Assembly: GCA_050633305.1 (NCBI GenBank) | Contig: JBOEGF010000032.1 | Coordinates: 257,222-321,221 of the forward strand | From: Nannocystales bacterium | Lineage (GTDB): Bacteria; Myxococcota_A; Polyangia; Nannocystales; Nannocystaceae | Direction: 5' to 3' | DNA length: 64,000 nt | Shown here: piece by piece, positions 1 through 10,440 of the stretch | Numbering within the stretch: the stretch's first letter is position 1 | How the letters are laid out: each line of letters begins with the position of its first letter | Translations under genes and position numbers: made by a program | Notes under the pieces: model-generated | Database searches by the model: none | What the model saw: only the letters and a program-made list of their open reading frames with translations | Told to the model about the DNA's origin: nothing

Positions 1-4
1 TGCG

Positions 5-1165
5 ATGGCGCAAGGCGAGGATGCGGAGATCGTCCTGATCACCGACGGTGTCGGGGTCTCCCTCCCGCAGATGAAGCGCGCCCCTGAGATCGTCACGGTG
101 GGCAGCCCCGGACCGAACCTCGGCATCAACGCGCTCGCGATCCGTGAGGCCGACGCCCTGGGCCTGGCCGAGGTGTTCCTGTCCGTCTCCTCGAACGTCG
201 GCTCCGATCGCGAGGTGGAGCTCGTCCTCGAGGTCGATGACACCGTCGTGGACGTTCTGCCGTTGACCGTTCCCAGCCGGAGCGCCGTGGAGAGCTTGCA
301 CCGCGTCGCGCTTCCGGAGGGGGAGCGGGTCAAAGCCACCCTGCAAAACCACGGAGACGACGTACTCGCGGTCGACGACGTCGCAAGCACGCCGCGCAAC
401 GAGGGGGAGCGAGTCAGCGTCGTTCTCGTCACCAGGACTCGGGTGTCCTTCACCGCGGAGGCACTTCGCCTCCACCCGCGGGTCGACCTTCGCATCCTCG
501 GCCCCTTCGACGCCGCGCCGACGGAAACGGCCGACCTCCTGTTGCTCGAGTCCGACTACCGTGCCGGCCCCCTACCTCCCGCACGCGCCGTGCTCGCCAT
601 GGGCGTCGACCCAACCGCGTTGGGCGTCGAACTCGGTCCATCGGTCCCTGCACCCGACATCATGCGCTGGAGCTTCGACGACCCCCTGTTCCGCTTCGTG
701 GACCTGGAGTCGATCGAGTTGCCGCGTGCCAACACCCTCCGACTTCGCGAGGGCATGCGCTCCCTGCTCGACAGCGAACAAGGCCCGCTCGCGATCCACG
801 TGCGAGAACCCAAGCGAGACGTCGTCGTGTTCGGATTTGCGCCCCACGACTCGGACCTGGTGTTGCGGGTGGGCTTCGTGAACCTGATTGCCAACGCCGT
901 TGAATGGGCCGCCCCGGCCGCCCCGGACGACCCGGGGGCCCTGCCCGCGCAGGTGCTGCCCGCCACGGAATCCCAACTCGATCCCGTCCGGGCGATTCCA
1001 GGCGCGCTCCAGGGACACTTCGCCGAGCACACCGCACCGCAACGTCCGCTGTGGCGCACGCTCGCGTGGCTCGCCTTGGCGCTGCTCGTTCTCGAGGGAC
1101 TGCTGCCGTGGGGGACACGCGGCTGGACGTGGGTCCGGAGCCGAATGCGCAGGGGCACCGCATGA
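5..1165 (+). CDS. BatA/VWA-type membrane-anchored protein, 3' part (gene starts before the window)
   Basis: End of a VWA domain (IVLITDG) at the window edge, Ig-like segment (NLGI...DDVA), GATase-like segment, C-terminal TM (LWRTLAWLALALLVLE). Stop overlaps the next ATG (ATGA). Confidence 0.7.
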   Translation: MAQGEDAEIVLITDGVGVSLPQMKRAPEIVTVGSPGPNLGINALAIREADALGLAEVFLSVSSNVGSDREVELVLEVDDTVVDVLPLTVPSRSAVESLHRVALPEGERVKATLQNHGDDVLAVDDVASTPRNEGERVSVVLVTRTRVSFTAEALRLHPRVDLRILGPFDAAPTETADLLLLESDYRAGPLPPARAVLAMGVDPTALGVELGPSVPAPDIMRWSFDDPLFRFVDLESIELPRANTLRLREGMRSLLDSEQGPLAIHVREPKRDVVVFGFAPHDSDLVLRVGFVNLIANAVEWAAPAAPDDPGALPAQVLPATESQLDPVRAIPGALQGHFAEHTAPQRPLWRTLAWLALALLVLEGLLPWGTRGWTWVRSRMRRGTA

Positions 1166-3798
1166 GCGCCCTTTCGACATGGTTTCTCAGTCCCGGCTGG
1201 CTGCTGCTGCTGCTGCTTGCGCTCCTCTTTGTCGTCGCCGACGCGGTACGCAGCTGGGGCACAACGCCGCCGCTCGCCCGGGTCGGCGCTGGGGCGCTCC
1301 GTTTCCTGGCGCTCGCAGGCGTCGTCGTGGCGCTGGCCGACCCGCGGTGGCACGAGCGCGAGGACGTTGCCCATGTTGTCTTTGTCGTGGATCGCTCGGC
1401 GTCGATTCCCGACGCGGTGCTCGACGAAGCCCTGGCCCGCGCGGACGAGCTCGCACGAGCCGTGCCCGACGGCACCCGGACGGCCCTCGTTCTGTTCGAC
1501 TCGACGGCAGAGGTTGTCCTGGCGCCTGGCCAACCATGGTCGGTCCCCGGCCCGCCGCGGACCCAAGCCGTGGACGCGACCGATGTGGATGCTGCCCTTC
1601 GCCTCGCACTCGGGCTCATCCCAGCCGCCGACGGCGGAGAGGTCGTCCTGCTCACCGACGGCCGACGCACCCAGCGCGACACTTCGGGCGCCGTGGCCCA
1701 AGCCAAGGCGCGCGGCGTCGCCATCCACACGATCGCCATCGAGCCGTCCAAGGGCGACCCAGCGGTCGGCGCAGTGGTGTTGGCGAGTGAAGAGGCCCGG
1801 CCGGGCTCGTCCGTCTCCGGAACGATCGAAGTCGACGGCGCGAGCGAAGCCGTCCGGGGCACGTTGAAGGTCAGTGTTGGCGGCAAGCTCGTGCAAACCT
1901 CCTCGGTCGAGCTCCCCGCGGGGACCACGACCGCGGTGCCCTTCTCGCACGACCTCGATGCGAAAACCGACCCCGGACCCCTCGAGGTTTCCGCCGAGTT
2001 CATACCCAACCGCGCCGACGCGGATCCAGCCAACAACGTCTCCAGCGCAACCGTCCTCGTCGGCGACCCGCCTCTGGTCCGGGTCTTCACAGGCGAAGAG
2101 CACGATGGAACCGCACTCGCCCGCGCCTTGAGAGCCGAGCGCATGGACGTCCAGGTCGTCCCCCTTCAAACACTTCAGCCCCAGCACGAGAAGCTCGACG
2201 ACGTCGATCTGGTCGTGTTGGCCAATGCCCCGGCGGCATCGATCGGCGGCGCAGCGGCGCTGCAGCCCCCGTTTCTGCGCGAACTGGCCCGCTATGTCGA
2301 CAACGGCGGAGGCCTACTCGTCCTCGGCGGGCCCCAAGCGTACGACATGGGGGGCTACGGACAATCCGAGCTCGACCGTGTCCTTCCCGTCAAGATCGAC
2401 CCGATCGACCCCGAGATCCAAGCCGGCGCCACCATCATCATCATCCTCGATCGCTCCGGGTCGATGTCCGCGATGGTGGGCTGGTCGAAGACCAAGATGG
2501 AGCTCGCCGACGAAGGTGCAGCGGCATCGATCAACCTCCTGCGCCCGTTCGACAGCGTGGGCGTGATGTCCGTGACGGAGACCGTCCGGTGGGAGATCAA
2601 GACCCAGCCGGTCCGCGATCCATCCGCCCTCAAGCGCAAGGTCATGCGCATCCGGGCCGACGGCGGCGGCATCTTCGTCTACACCGCGCTCGACGCCGCG
2701 TACGAGGCGATGCGCAAGACGAATACCCCGCTCAAGCACGTCATCTTGTTCTCCGACGCCGCCGACAGCGAGGAGAAGGTTAAAGGCGTTCCCTTTGGCA
2801 CCGGCCCGGGCACCACGTCCCAAGACCTCGCCAAGCGGTTCAAGGCGGCGGGTATCACCACCTCGGTCATCGGCATCGGCACGGACGACGACGTCGACAC
2901 CCCCTTCCTCAAAGACCTGGCCAAGGCCGGCGGGGGCCGCTTCTATCTCACCGCCGACGCAACGAAGCTGAGGGGATTGTTCGTCGAGGAGACCGAACGA
3001 CTGGTGGATACCTCCCTTCACGAGGACCCCTTCCGCCCCGTCGCCGACCGCGGGCACCCGATCATCGAAGGCATCGACTACGGTCGCGCGCCCAAACTTG
3101 GCGGTTACCAAGAGGTCGAAGCACGGCCCACCGCCGAGGTGGTGCTCCGTGGACCCGAGGACCACCCCATTCTCACGACCTGGCGATACGGACTGGGGCA
3201 CGTCGTCGCGTGGGCCTCCGACGCAGGACCGCGGTGGTCCGAGTCTTGGCTAACCTGGCCTGGCTTCGCCAAGCAGTGGACACAGGCCGCTCGGTTCGCG
3301 CTGCGCTCGCGTGCCGGGGACGAGACCGCCGTGGAGGTGGAAGTCGCCGGAGGCCAGGCCCAGCTCCGCATCGCGCGACGCGACACCGCGGGTCTGAGCC
3401 TGGACGAAGGCTCCATCCGGGCCCGCATCAAGGGTCGGTCCCCCGCAACCCCCGTGCCGCTGCACAGCCTCGAGCCAGGCCTGTGGGGGGGCCATGCTCC
3501 CGTCGAACCGGGTGAGGTCTACACCGTCGAGGTCCTTGGAGACGACGACGAAGTCTTGGCAACACACACGTTCACGCCGCCCCCGTCCTCCGAACGTCGG
3601 TTCCGAACCGCCGACCGAGCGTGGCTGAGCGCGGTCTCCGAGGCCACCGCAGGGAACATCGATCCGCAGGCGGTTGCGCCGACGGCGACGGCGGGAGTGA
3701 CGACCGACGTCCACCGCCTGTGGCCCTGGGCCCTCGTGTTCTCGCTGCTGGTCCTGCCCTTCGACGCACTTCTCCGCAGAACCGCGCGGACCGTGTAG
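1162..3798 (+). CDS. VWA-domain membrane protein with two VWA domains and a glutamine-amidotransferase-like domain
   Basis: ATG at 1162 coupled to the upstream stop. Two N-terminal TMs, MIDAS motifs DRSAS and DRSGS, LLTDG and LFSD, GGGLLVLGG GATase-like motif, C-terminal TM. Typical partner of MoxR/DUF58 loci. Confidence 0.85.
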   Translation: MSALSTWFLSPGWLLLLLLALLFVVADAVRSWGTTPPLARVGAGALRFLALAGVVVALADPRWHEREDVAHVVFVVDRSASIPDAVLDEALARADELARAVPDGTRTALVLFDSTAEVVLAPGQPWSVPGPPRTQAVDATDVDAALRLALGLIPAADGGEVVLLTDGRRTQRDTSGAVAQAKARGVAIHTIAIEPSKGDPAVGAVVLASEEARPGSSVSGTIEVDGASEAVRGTLKVSVGGKLVQTSSVELPAGTTTAVPFSHDLDAKTDPGPLEVSAEFIPNRADADPANNVSSATVLVGDPPLVRVFTGEEHDGTALARALRAERMDVQVVPLQTLQPQHEKLDDVDLVVLANAPAASIGGAAALQPPFLRELARYVDNGGGLLVLGGPQAYDMGGYGQSELDRVLPVKIDPIDPEIQAGATIIIILDRSGSMSAMVGWSKTKMELADEGAAASINLLRPFDSVGVMSVTETVRWEIKTQPVRDPSALKRKVMRIRADGGGIFVYTALDAAYEAMRKTNTPLKHVILFSDAADSEEKVKGVPFGTGPGTTSQDLAKRFKAAGITTSVIGIGTDDDVDTPFLKDLAKAGGGRFYLTADATKLRGLFVEETERLVDTSLHEDPFRPVADRGHPIIEGIDYGRAPKLGGYQEVEARPTAEVVLRGPEDHPILTTWRYGLGHVVAWASDAGPRWSESWLTWPGFAKQWTQAARFALRSRAGDETAVEVEVAGGQAQLRIARRDTAGLSLDEGSIRARIKGRSPATPVPLHSLEPGLWGGHAPVEPGEVYTVEVLGDDDEVLATHTFTPPPSSERRFRTADRAWLSAVSEATAGNIDPQAVAPTATAGVTTDVHRLWPWALVFSLLVLPFDALLRRTARTV

Positions 3799-4020
3799 CC
3801 GACGCCCCTGTGACGTCTAGGCGCCGCGCTCGGGCGGCGTCGGCACCCCTCTCGAGCGTGCTCCGCTCTCGCTGCGGAGTTCGGCACGCGACCCAACGCG
3901 GCATGCACCGCGGTCTGCCGAGCCGCCGGAACCTGGCTCGGAGGTGCCAATCTGGGAAGGGAATGGGCCAACGCGCGACCCAATCGGCGCAAGCCCGCTG
4001 CGCTGGGATTCGGGTTTTCG

Positions 4021-4037
4021 TTGGCCCGAGACTTGCT
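4021..4037 (+). promoter_or_regulatory. sigma-54 (-24/-12) promoter
   Basis: TTGGCCCGAGACTTGCT matches TGGCACG-N4-TTGC(T/A) with exact GG-N10-GC spacing. It ends 13 nt before ATG 4051. Confidence 0.65.
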
Positions 4038-4050
4038 CAGTCAGGCAAGC

Positions 4051-4818
4051 ATGGCGCACTGCCACCGCCCGCCGCTCACACTCCTACTCGTCGCTTGGAC
4101 TGCCTGCGGGGGTCCCAACGTCGATGGGGAGCCCAACCCGACGGAGGGCACCGCCGACACGACCCCGCAAGACCCCGATTCGAACGGTGGCAGCTCGGAG
4201 TCCGGGACGCCCGCGACGGGAAGCTCCGGCGCCGAGACGAGTACGAGTACGAGTACCGGCATGGGCGCGCACGAGGGGACCAGCACCGGCACACAGGACA
4301 GCGGCAGCAGCGGAGATGAGCCCCCGCCCGACTATGTGACGCCGCACTTTCCGTTGCAGGTCGGTCTCCAATGGTCCTACCGACTGACGCGCACCGACGG
4401 CACACTCGGCGTCGACTGCCTCGACAACGGCGACATCCATCTGATGACCATCGCCACCGAGAACGCCGGTGTGTTCACCCGAACCGAAGCGCCCACGTGT
4501 TACTTCGACGTCCTCGAGTTCCGCATCGACCCACCGTACGTCGACGTGAACAGCGGCGCGTGGTACCGGCAACTCCTGCTCCCGCCTGCAGACGGGGCGA
4601 CGTGGGCCGCGGGCGGAGCTTCCGGCGCCACATACATTTGGGATGAGCACCACCCAAGCTACAGCGTCGAGGCGGGCACGTTCGACGACTGCTGGCGACG
4701 CAAACAGCAGGGCTACGACGTCTGGGAGATCTACTGCCGAGACGTCGGCATGGTCGAGTCCTACTACGACGCCTGGGGCAGCAACTCCCGCAGCGAGTTG
4801 GTGAGCTTCGCAGGCTGA
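4051..4818 (+). CDS. hypothetical lipoprotein (Ser/Thr/Gly-rich linker plus beta-rich domain)
   Basis: Signal peptide ending WTAC, low-complexity S/T/G linker, then FPLQVG..W.Y, VEAGTFDDC and YCRDVGMV motifs. Confidence 0.7.
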   Translation: MAHCHRPPLTLLLVAWTACGGPNVDGEPNPTEGTADTTPQDPDSNGGSSESGTPATGSSGAETSTSTSTGMGAHEGTSTGTQDSGSSGDEPPPDYVTPHFPLQVGLQWSYRLTRTDGTLGVDCLDNGDIHLMTIATENAGVFTRTEAPTCYFDVLEFRIDPPYVDVNSGAWYRQLLLPPADGATWAAGGASGATYIWDEHHPSYSVEAGTFDDCWRRKQQGYDVWEIYCRDVGMVESYYDAWGSNSRSELVSFAG

Positions 4819-4858
4819 GTGTTCGACCCACGCCGGCGCTTGGGGTAGCCTGCTCCGA

Positions 4859-6352
4859 ATGGACTGCGTGACGTTTCACGTCAACGGTCGGGAAACCACG
4901 CTTCGCGACGTTTCCCCTACCACGACGCTGTTGCAGTACCTGCGCGGGCCCATGCGGCTGCCGGGTACCAAGGAGGGTTGTGCCGAGGGGGACTGTGGAG
5001 CGTGCACCGTCGTCGTCCTCGACGGCCAAGCTCCCGGCGGACCCCGATGGCGAGCCGTGAACAGCTGCCTGCTGCTCGTGCCGCTGCTGCACGGCAAACA
5101 GATTTTCACGGTCGAGGGGCTTCGGGACAAGCCCGGGGACGAGGGTCTTCATCCTGTACAGCGCGCGCTCGTCGATGCCCTGGGCTCGCAGTGTGGCTAC
5201 TGCACCCCCGGCGTGGTGATGTCGATGGTCGAGGCCTGTCATCGCCCTGATCTCGATGCCGACTGGAAGCTCGACGATCAGATGTGCGGCAACCTCTGCC
5301 GCTGCACCGGCTACCGCCCCATCCTGGAGGCCACCCGCAACGTCGCAGGCCTCAGCCCAAGCGATCGCCTCAGCGCTGCACGGGATGAGACGCCCAAGAC
5401 CCAGCCTGCGCTCGACTACGGCACGGACAGTGCCCGAGGCGCACAACGGTTCTGGATTCCGACGTCCTGGGAGGCGCTGTTCGGGATCATCAGCGCGCAC
5501 CCAGGAGGCCCCGAGAAGGTTCGTTTCATCCAAGGCGCCACCGATCTTGGCCTCGACGTCACCAAACACGGCACCCACTTCGAGGCGTTGATCTCCCTGC
5601 AGGGGATCGAGGAACTGCGAACGCTCGAGGTCGTCGGTACCCGATGGTCCGTGGGCGCCGGGGTCAAGCTGGCCGACCTCGAAGACGCCACCGACGACAC
5701 ACTGCCTCCGCTGTCTCGGATGCTGCGGTTCTTCGGGTCGCGGCAGATCAAGAACAGCGCAACCGTGGGAGGCAACGTGTGCAATGCGTCGCCGATCGGC
5801 GACCTGGCCCCGGTCTTCCTCGCGCTCAACGCCACATTCATCGCGCGAGGGGTCACCGGAGAGCGCCCCATCGCGGCGGACGATTTCTTCACCGGGTACC
5901 GTACGACAGCACTGCAGCGTGGAGAGCTTCTGGCGCGGATCGAGTTCGACGCCCCGACGACATCATCGCGTTTCGCCTCCTACAAGGTCAGTAAACGGCG
6001 CGAGATGGACATCAGCGCGGTCGCGGCCGCGCTTCGTGTCGAAGTGGACGAGGACGACATCATCACGGACGCCCGGTTTGTCTACGGCGGCATGGCGGCA
6101 ACACCGGCCCGAGCCCACAGCGCCGAAGCTGCCGCGATCGGCAGTCCATTCGTCGAGGCCACGTTCGAGGCGTGCGCCGCTGCCATGACCTCGGACTTCA
6201 CCCCGATGAGCGATCACCGTGGCTCCGCCTGGTACCGCAGCACCGTCGCGGCGAACCTGATGCGCGGGTTCTATCTCGAGGTCTGCGGCACCCCGATGCC
6301 CCGCCTCAGCGACCGCCCCAGCGGCACTGTGCTCGGAGGGTCCCCCTCATGA
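4859..6352 (+). CDS. xdhA: xanthine dehydrogenase small subunit (2Fe-2S + FAD)
   Basis: GTKEGCAEGDCGACT, SQCGYCTPG, GNLCRCTGYRPI, GATDLGL, QIKNSATVGGN, YKVSKRREMDIS. Confidence 0.95.
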   Translation: MDCVTFHVNGRETTLRDVSPTTTLLQYLRGPMRLPGTKEGCAEGDCGACTVVVLDGQAPGGPRWRAVNSCLLLVPLLHGKQIFTVEGLRDKPGDEGLHPVQRALVDALGSQCGYCTPGVVMSMVEACHRPDLDADWKLDDQMCGNLCRCTGYRPILEATRNVAGLSPSDRLSAARDETPKTQPALDYGTDSARGAQRFWIPTSWEALFGIISAHPGGPEKVRFIQGATDLGLDVTKHGTHFEALISLQGIEELRTLEVVGTRWSVGAGVKLADLEDATDDTLPPLSRMLRFFGSRQIKNSATVGGNVCNASPIGDLAPVFLALNATFIARGVTGERPIAADDFFTGYRTTALQRGELLARIEFDAPTTSSRFASYKVSKRREMDISAVAAALRVEVDEDDIITDARFVYGGMAATPARAHSAEAAAIGSPFVEATFEACAAAMTSDFTPMSDHRGSAWYRSTVAANLMRGFYLEVCGTPMPRLSDRPSGTVLGGSPS

Positions 6353-8661
6353 AGACACAACCGAATCCCAGCTCCCCGTTGCACCAGCCCGCGCTGCACG
6401 AGAGCGGGGTCCGCCACGTCACCGGGGAGGCACGCTATGTCGACGACTGGCCGCTGCCCCCCGGAGCCCTACACGGTGCGGTCGTCACCTCCGCCCATGC
6501 CCACGGCCGCATCATCCGGCGCGACGCGGCTGCAGCGCGCGCAGTGGAAGGAGTCGCCGCCGTGTTCTTCGCCGAGGATATCCCGGGCACCAACCTCATC
6601 GGTCCCATCGTCCATGACGAGGAACTCCTCGCGTCCGCCAGCGTCCACTACGTGGGTCAACCGGTGGCCGTCGTGTTTGCAGCCGACCTGGAGACCGCGC
6701 AGCGAGCCGCAGCCTTGGTCGAGGTTGAAGTCGACCCCCTCCCCTCGCTCCAGAGCATCGACGCCGCGATCGAAGCCGAGAGCTACCTCGCGCCGCCGCA
6801 TGTCATCGCGCGCGGCGACGTGGACACCGCACTCGGAGCATCGCACGCGTGTGTTCGCGGTGAAGTTCGGGTCGGCGGTCAGGACCACTTCTACCTGGAG
6901 ACGCAGGCGGCCCTCGCCCTTCCGGAGGAGAACGGTTGCGTGACGGTCCTCAGCTCCACGCAACACCCGACAGAGGTGCAGAACGAGGTCGCGACGATCC
7001 TCGGCGTCGGCTCCCACGCCGTGGTCTGCGAGGTCCCGCGCATGGGCGGAGGCTTTGGCGGAAAGGAGTCCCAGGCCACGCCCATGGCCTGCATGGCTGC
7101 GCTCGGCGTTCATCACACCGGGGCTGCCTGCAAGGTTTGGCTCGACCGCGACGCCGACATGCGTATCACCGGAAAGCGACACCCCTTCCTGGGTCGCTAC
7201 GAGGCGGGCTTCACCGAAGACGGGCAACTCACCGGCCTGAAGGTGGAGCTGTACTCGGACGCAGGCTGGTCTGCGGACCTCTCGCTCCCGGTCCTCGATC
7301 GAGCCCTGTTCCACCTCGACAACGCCTACTTCGTTCCCACGCTGCGTTTTCAGGGCTTGGCCTGCCGTACGCATCGTCCGTCCAACACCGCCTTCCGGGG
7401 CTTTGGCGGCCCGCAGGGCATGGTCGTGTTGGAGGAGGCGATGAACCACGGCGCCCGCGAGCTTGGGCTGGACCCCGCCCACCTGCGAGCCCAGAACTTC
7501 TACGGCGCCGCGCCGCGGGACCGCGCGCCCTATGGCCAAGAGGTCCCCTCCGAGCACAATCGCCTGCAAACGATCCACGACTCGTTGATGGACACCAGCG
7601 ACTACGCTGCCCGCAGAGCCGAGATCGAGGCGTTCAACGCCGGGTCCCGGTGGGTCAAGCGCGGCTTGGGCTACCAACCGATCAAGTTCGGCATCTCGTT
7701 CACCAAGAGCATCCTCAACCAGGCCGGCGCCCTGGTGCTCATCTACGCCGATGGCACGGTTCAGCTCAACCACGGCGGCACCGAGATGGGACAAGGCCTG
7801 CACACCAAGATGCTCACCGTGTGCGCGCACGAGCTCGGCGTCACACCACAGAGCGTACGGGTGATGACGACCGCGACCGACAAGGTGCCCAACACCTCGG
7901 CCACCGCGGCCAGCAGTGGCTCCGACCTCAACGGTCAAGCCGTCGCCTCCGCATCGGCACAGCTTCGAGAGCGCATGCGCCCGGTCGCCGCTGGCTTGCT
8001 CAAGCTCGACGCAACCGAGGCTGCCGAGCTTCGCTTCGAGGGCGGCGTCGTCACGCATCCCCCGAGCGCCAAGAGTGTGCCATTCGCCGAAGTCGCGACT
8101 CAGGCCTGGGTCGAGCGCGTCTCACTCTCGGCGACGGGGTTCTACGCGACCCCCGGCGTGGGCTACGACCACGCGACGGGATCCGGAACCCCGTTCTACT
8201 ACTACGCGTACGGCGCCGTGGTGTGTGAAGTCGAGGTCAACGGGCTGACCGGCGAGCACCGCATGACCCGAGCGGACATCCTCCATGATGTCGGGACTTC
8301 GCTCGTCCCGACGATCGACCGCGGCCAGGTCGAGGGCGGGTTCGTGCAGGGCGTGGGGTGGTTGACGTGCGAAGAGGTCCTCTTCCGCGACGATGGAAGC
8401 CCGGTGACCACGGGACCGAGCACCTACAAGATCCCGGCCGTGGGCGACGTCCCGCTCGACTTGCGTGTCGACCTCTTGCCCAAGGCACCGCAACCCGGCG
8501 TCGTCCACGGCAGCAAAGCCGTGGGAGAGCCACCGTTCATGCTCGCGATCGGGGTCGTCACCGCGCTCCGGCATGCTCTTGGTGGATTTGGCCGCGCCGA
8601 CGCGACGCTCGTCCTCCCCGCCACACCCGAGTCCATCCTCAGAGCGGTCAGCGGAGCCTAG
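6349..8661 (+). CDS. xdhB: xanthine dehydrogenase molybdopterin-binding subunit
   Basis: ATGA overlap with xdhA. HESG..HVTGEARYVDD, QDHFYLE, RMGGGFGGKESQ, AFRGFGGPQG, GTEMGQGLHTK, SKAVGEPPFML. Confidence 0.95.
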   Translation: MKTQPNPSSPLHQPALHESGVRHVTGEARYVDDWPLPPGALHGAVVTSAHAHGRIIRRDAAAARAVEGVAAVFFAEDIPGTNLIGPIVHDEELLASASVHYVGQPVAVVFAADLETAQRAAALVEVEVDPLPSLQSIDAAIEAESYLAPPHVIARGDVDTALGASHACVRGEVRVGGQDHFYLETQAALALPEENGCVTVLSSTQHPTEVQNEVATILGVGSHAVVCEVPRMGGGFGGKESQATPMACMAALGVHHTGAACKVWLDRDADMRITGKRHPFLGRYEAGFTEDGQLTGLKVELYSDAGWSADLSLPVLDRALFHLDNAYFVPTLRFQGLACRTHRPSNTAFRGFGGPQGMVVLEEAMNHGARELGLDPAHLRAQNFYGAAPRDRAPYGQEVPSEHNRLQTIHDSLMDTSDYAARRAEIEAFNAGSRWVKRGLGYQPIKFGISFTKSILNQAGALVLIYADGTVQLNHGGTEMGQGLHTKMLTVCAHELGVTPQSVRVMTTATDKVPNTSATAASSGSDLNGQAVASASAQLRERMRPVAAGLLKLDATEAAELRFEGGVVTHPPSAKSVPFAEVATQAWVERVSLSATGFYATPGVGYDHATGSGTPFYYYAYGAVVCEVEVNGLTGEHRMTRADILHDVGTSLVPTIDRGQVEGGFVQGVGWLTCEEVLFRDDGSPVTTGPSTYKIPAVGDVPLDLRVDLLPKAPQPGVVHGSKAVGEPPFMLAIGVVTALRHALGGFGRADATLVLPATPESILRAVSGA

Positions 8662-8745
8662 TGTCCCTGTCACCAGCAGCCCCCGCTCGGGGTCACGCAC
8701 GACGGCGCGCGTTCGGTCGCTGCCCGTGCGCGTCCTAGAGCGGGC

Positions 8746-10407
8746 TCAGCTCGAGCTCGACTGCTGAGCCCGGCACAGGGCCTCGGCGACGGCCCGGCCG
8801 CCGCGAAGAGGGTCGGAGGCGAGCGCGTCCCCGCATCCGCTGGCCTCGAGCGCGGCCAGGACGGTCGCCCGTCGCAGGGGTGCACCCCGTCGAGCGAGTT
8901 GTCCGAGGGCGTGCTCAACCACACTCACGCTCGCGTTCCGGGTGGGGACAGCCTCGAATCCTTGCAGACTGGCACCCGCACGCTGGACGAGTTGGTCGTC
9001 GCCTGGCCAAGGCTCGGCGGCCTCCGGCTGGGAGACGCGTGGGTCTCCGGATCTTCGGGGCAGCGGTGCAGACTCGGACGCGGTCCACACATCATCGTCC
9101 TGGAGCCCGGCGACAAAGGCTTCGTAGCTCTCGTTCGCGAACACTTCGAGGACGTTGATGCTCGCCTCAGGGACGCGTCGCCCGTCTTGGTCAACGCACA
9201 GTCGGATGCCCCGACCGATCTCCTGTCGTTTGCGAACCGCAGAGTCCGAGCGCCCGAGCGTGCAGATCTGAAACACGTTGGGGTTGTCCCAGCCTTCGCG
9301 TAGGGCGGAGTGAGAGAAGACGAACGAAACCGGCTCGTCAAATGAGAGCAAGCGAGGCTTGTCGCGTAGGATCAGCTCGTACGCCTCGGCATCGGCGACC
9401 GCCCGGCCTGTCTTGGTGTCGACGGCTCGGCCAGCGCGGGTCGCAAAGTATCCCGACCGCACCGCGCTCGCGGGCAAGGCCGCGAACTCGGGCACCGCGT
9501 GCTTGAGTTCGTCGAAGTGTTGGTCGAAGAGGTTGCGAGCCAGGCCGTCCTCCTCCGCGTACGCCGAAACGCGATCGAGGAAGAATAGGGAGAGGACCTT
9601 GATCCCCAGCGGGCGAAGCGCGGCCGCGCGCTCCAGATGGGCCGCGATCGTACTGCGGATCTGCGAGGCGTACCCATCACCGCCCCCCGCCGCCCGAACG
9701 ATGATCGACTTCACCAAGCCGAGCCGGTGTGCTTCCGCGGGCGTCAGACGGTGCACGACGGGCCCCTCCCACCGTCCCAGCGTCGCGCCATACCCCAGCA
9801 CCATCCCAGGGCACAGATCCGCCAGCGCGCCGGCCCGGAGTCCCGTCTGCATACGGTGCGGCTCGTCGACGATGACCACAGCACGGGTGGCCGCGACCGC
9901 CGCGAGCGGGGACTGTCCTCCGAACGCATCGCAGGGCCGGCGAAGCACGTTGGTGTCTTTGGTGAACGCATCGATGGTCACCACCATGAACTCCACCGTC
10001 GTCGCCCGCACGAACTGCCGCAGCCGCCCGAGGCGGTCCCGCTGGTAGGCAAAGAAGCGCGGCGACAGCCTCGGGAACAGCCGGGCGAAGTGCTCCCGAG
10101 TTCCTCGAAGGGTGGCCATGACCCCTTCCCGAATCGCGACCGAGGGCACCACGATGATGAACTTTCTGACCCCATGCAGGGCCGCCAGCTCGAGGGCGGT
10201 TCGCAAGAACACATACGTCTTGCCGGTACCCGTCTCCATCTCGACGGCCACTCGCGCGGGCAGCCCTATGGGGTTCGCATGGGCGACAAGTCCCTGGGCA
10301 TCGATACGCATCCCCGCCTCGCGTACCGAACCTGGTTCGACCGATCGAAGCACCGCGTCGATCGCAGCGCGCTGATGCGGCAGGTCCGACTCGAATCGAA
10401 GCTTCAC
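8746..10407 (-). CDS. type III restriction-modification Res-like DEAD/DEAH ATPase, short form without a recognisable C-terminal nuclease
   Basis: EMETGTGKTY, KFIIVVPSVAIREG, VDEPH, IKVLSLFFLD, FSHSALREGWDNPNVFQICTL, RQEIGRGIRL. Only 553 aa. Confidence 0.85.
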   Translation of the reverse strand: MKLRFESDLPHQRAAIDAVLRSVEPGSVREAGMRIDAQGLVAHANPIGLPARVAVEMETGTGKTYVFLRTALELAALHGVRKFIIVVPSVAIREGVMATLRGTREHFARLFPRLSPRFFAYQRDRLGRLRQFVRATTVEFMVVTIDAFTKDTNVLRRPCDAFGGQSPLAAVAATRAVVIVDEPHRMQTGLRAGALADLCPGMVLGYGATLGRWEGPVVHRLTPAEAHRLGLVKSIIVRAAGGGDGYASQIRSTIAAHLERAAALRPLGIKVLSLFFLDRVSAYAEEDGLARNLFDQHFDELKHAVPEFAALPASAVRSGYFATRAGRAVDTKTGRAVADAEAYELILRDKPRLLSFDEPVSFVFSHSALREGWDNPNVFQICTLGRSDSAVRKRQEIGRGIRLCVDQDGRRVPEASINVLEVFANESYEAFVAGLQDDDVWTASESAPLPRRSGDPRVSQPEAAEPWPGDDQLVQRAGASLQGFEAVPTRNASVSVVEHALGQLARRGAPLRRATVLAALEASGCGDALASDPLRGGRAVAEALCRAQQSSSS

Positions 10408-10440
10408 CCCTGGCGCCTCCCCATCGTGAACCGGAGCGTA

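Noticed and set aside
8662..9100. Frameshifted nuclease domain of Res
   Set aside because: No PD-(D/E)xK-like motif seen in the other minus frames, and too little space before the convergent xdhB.
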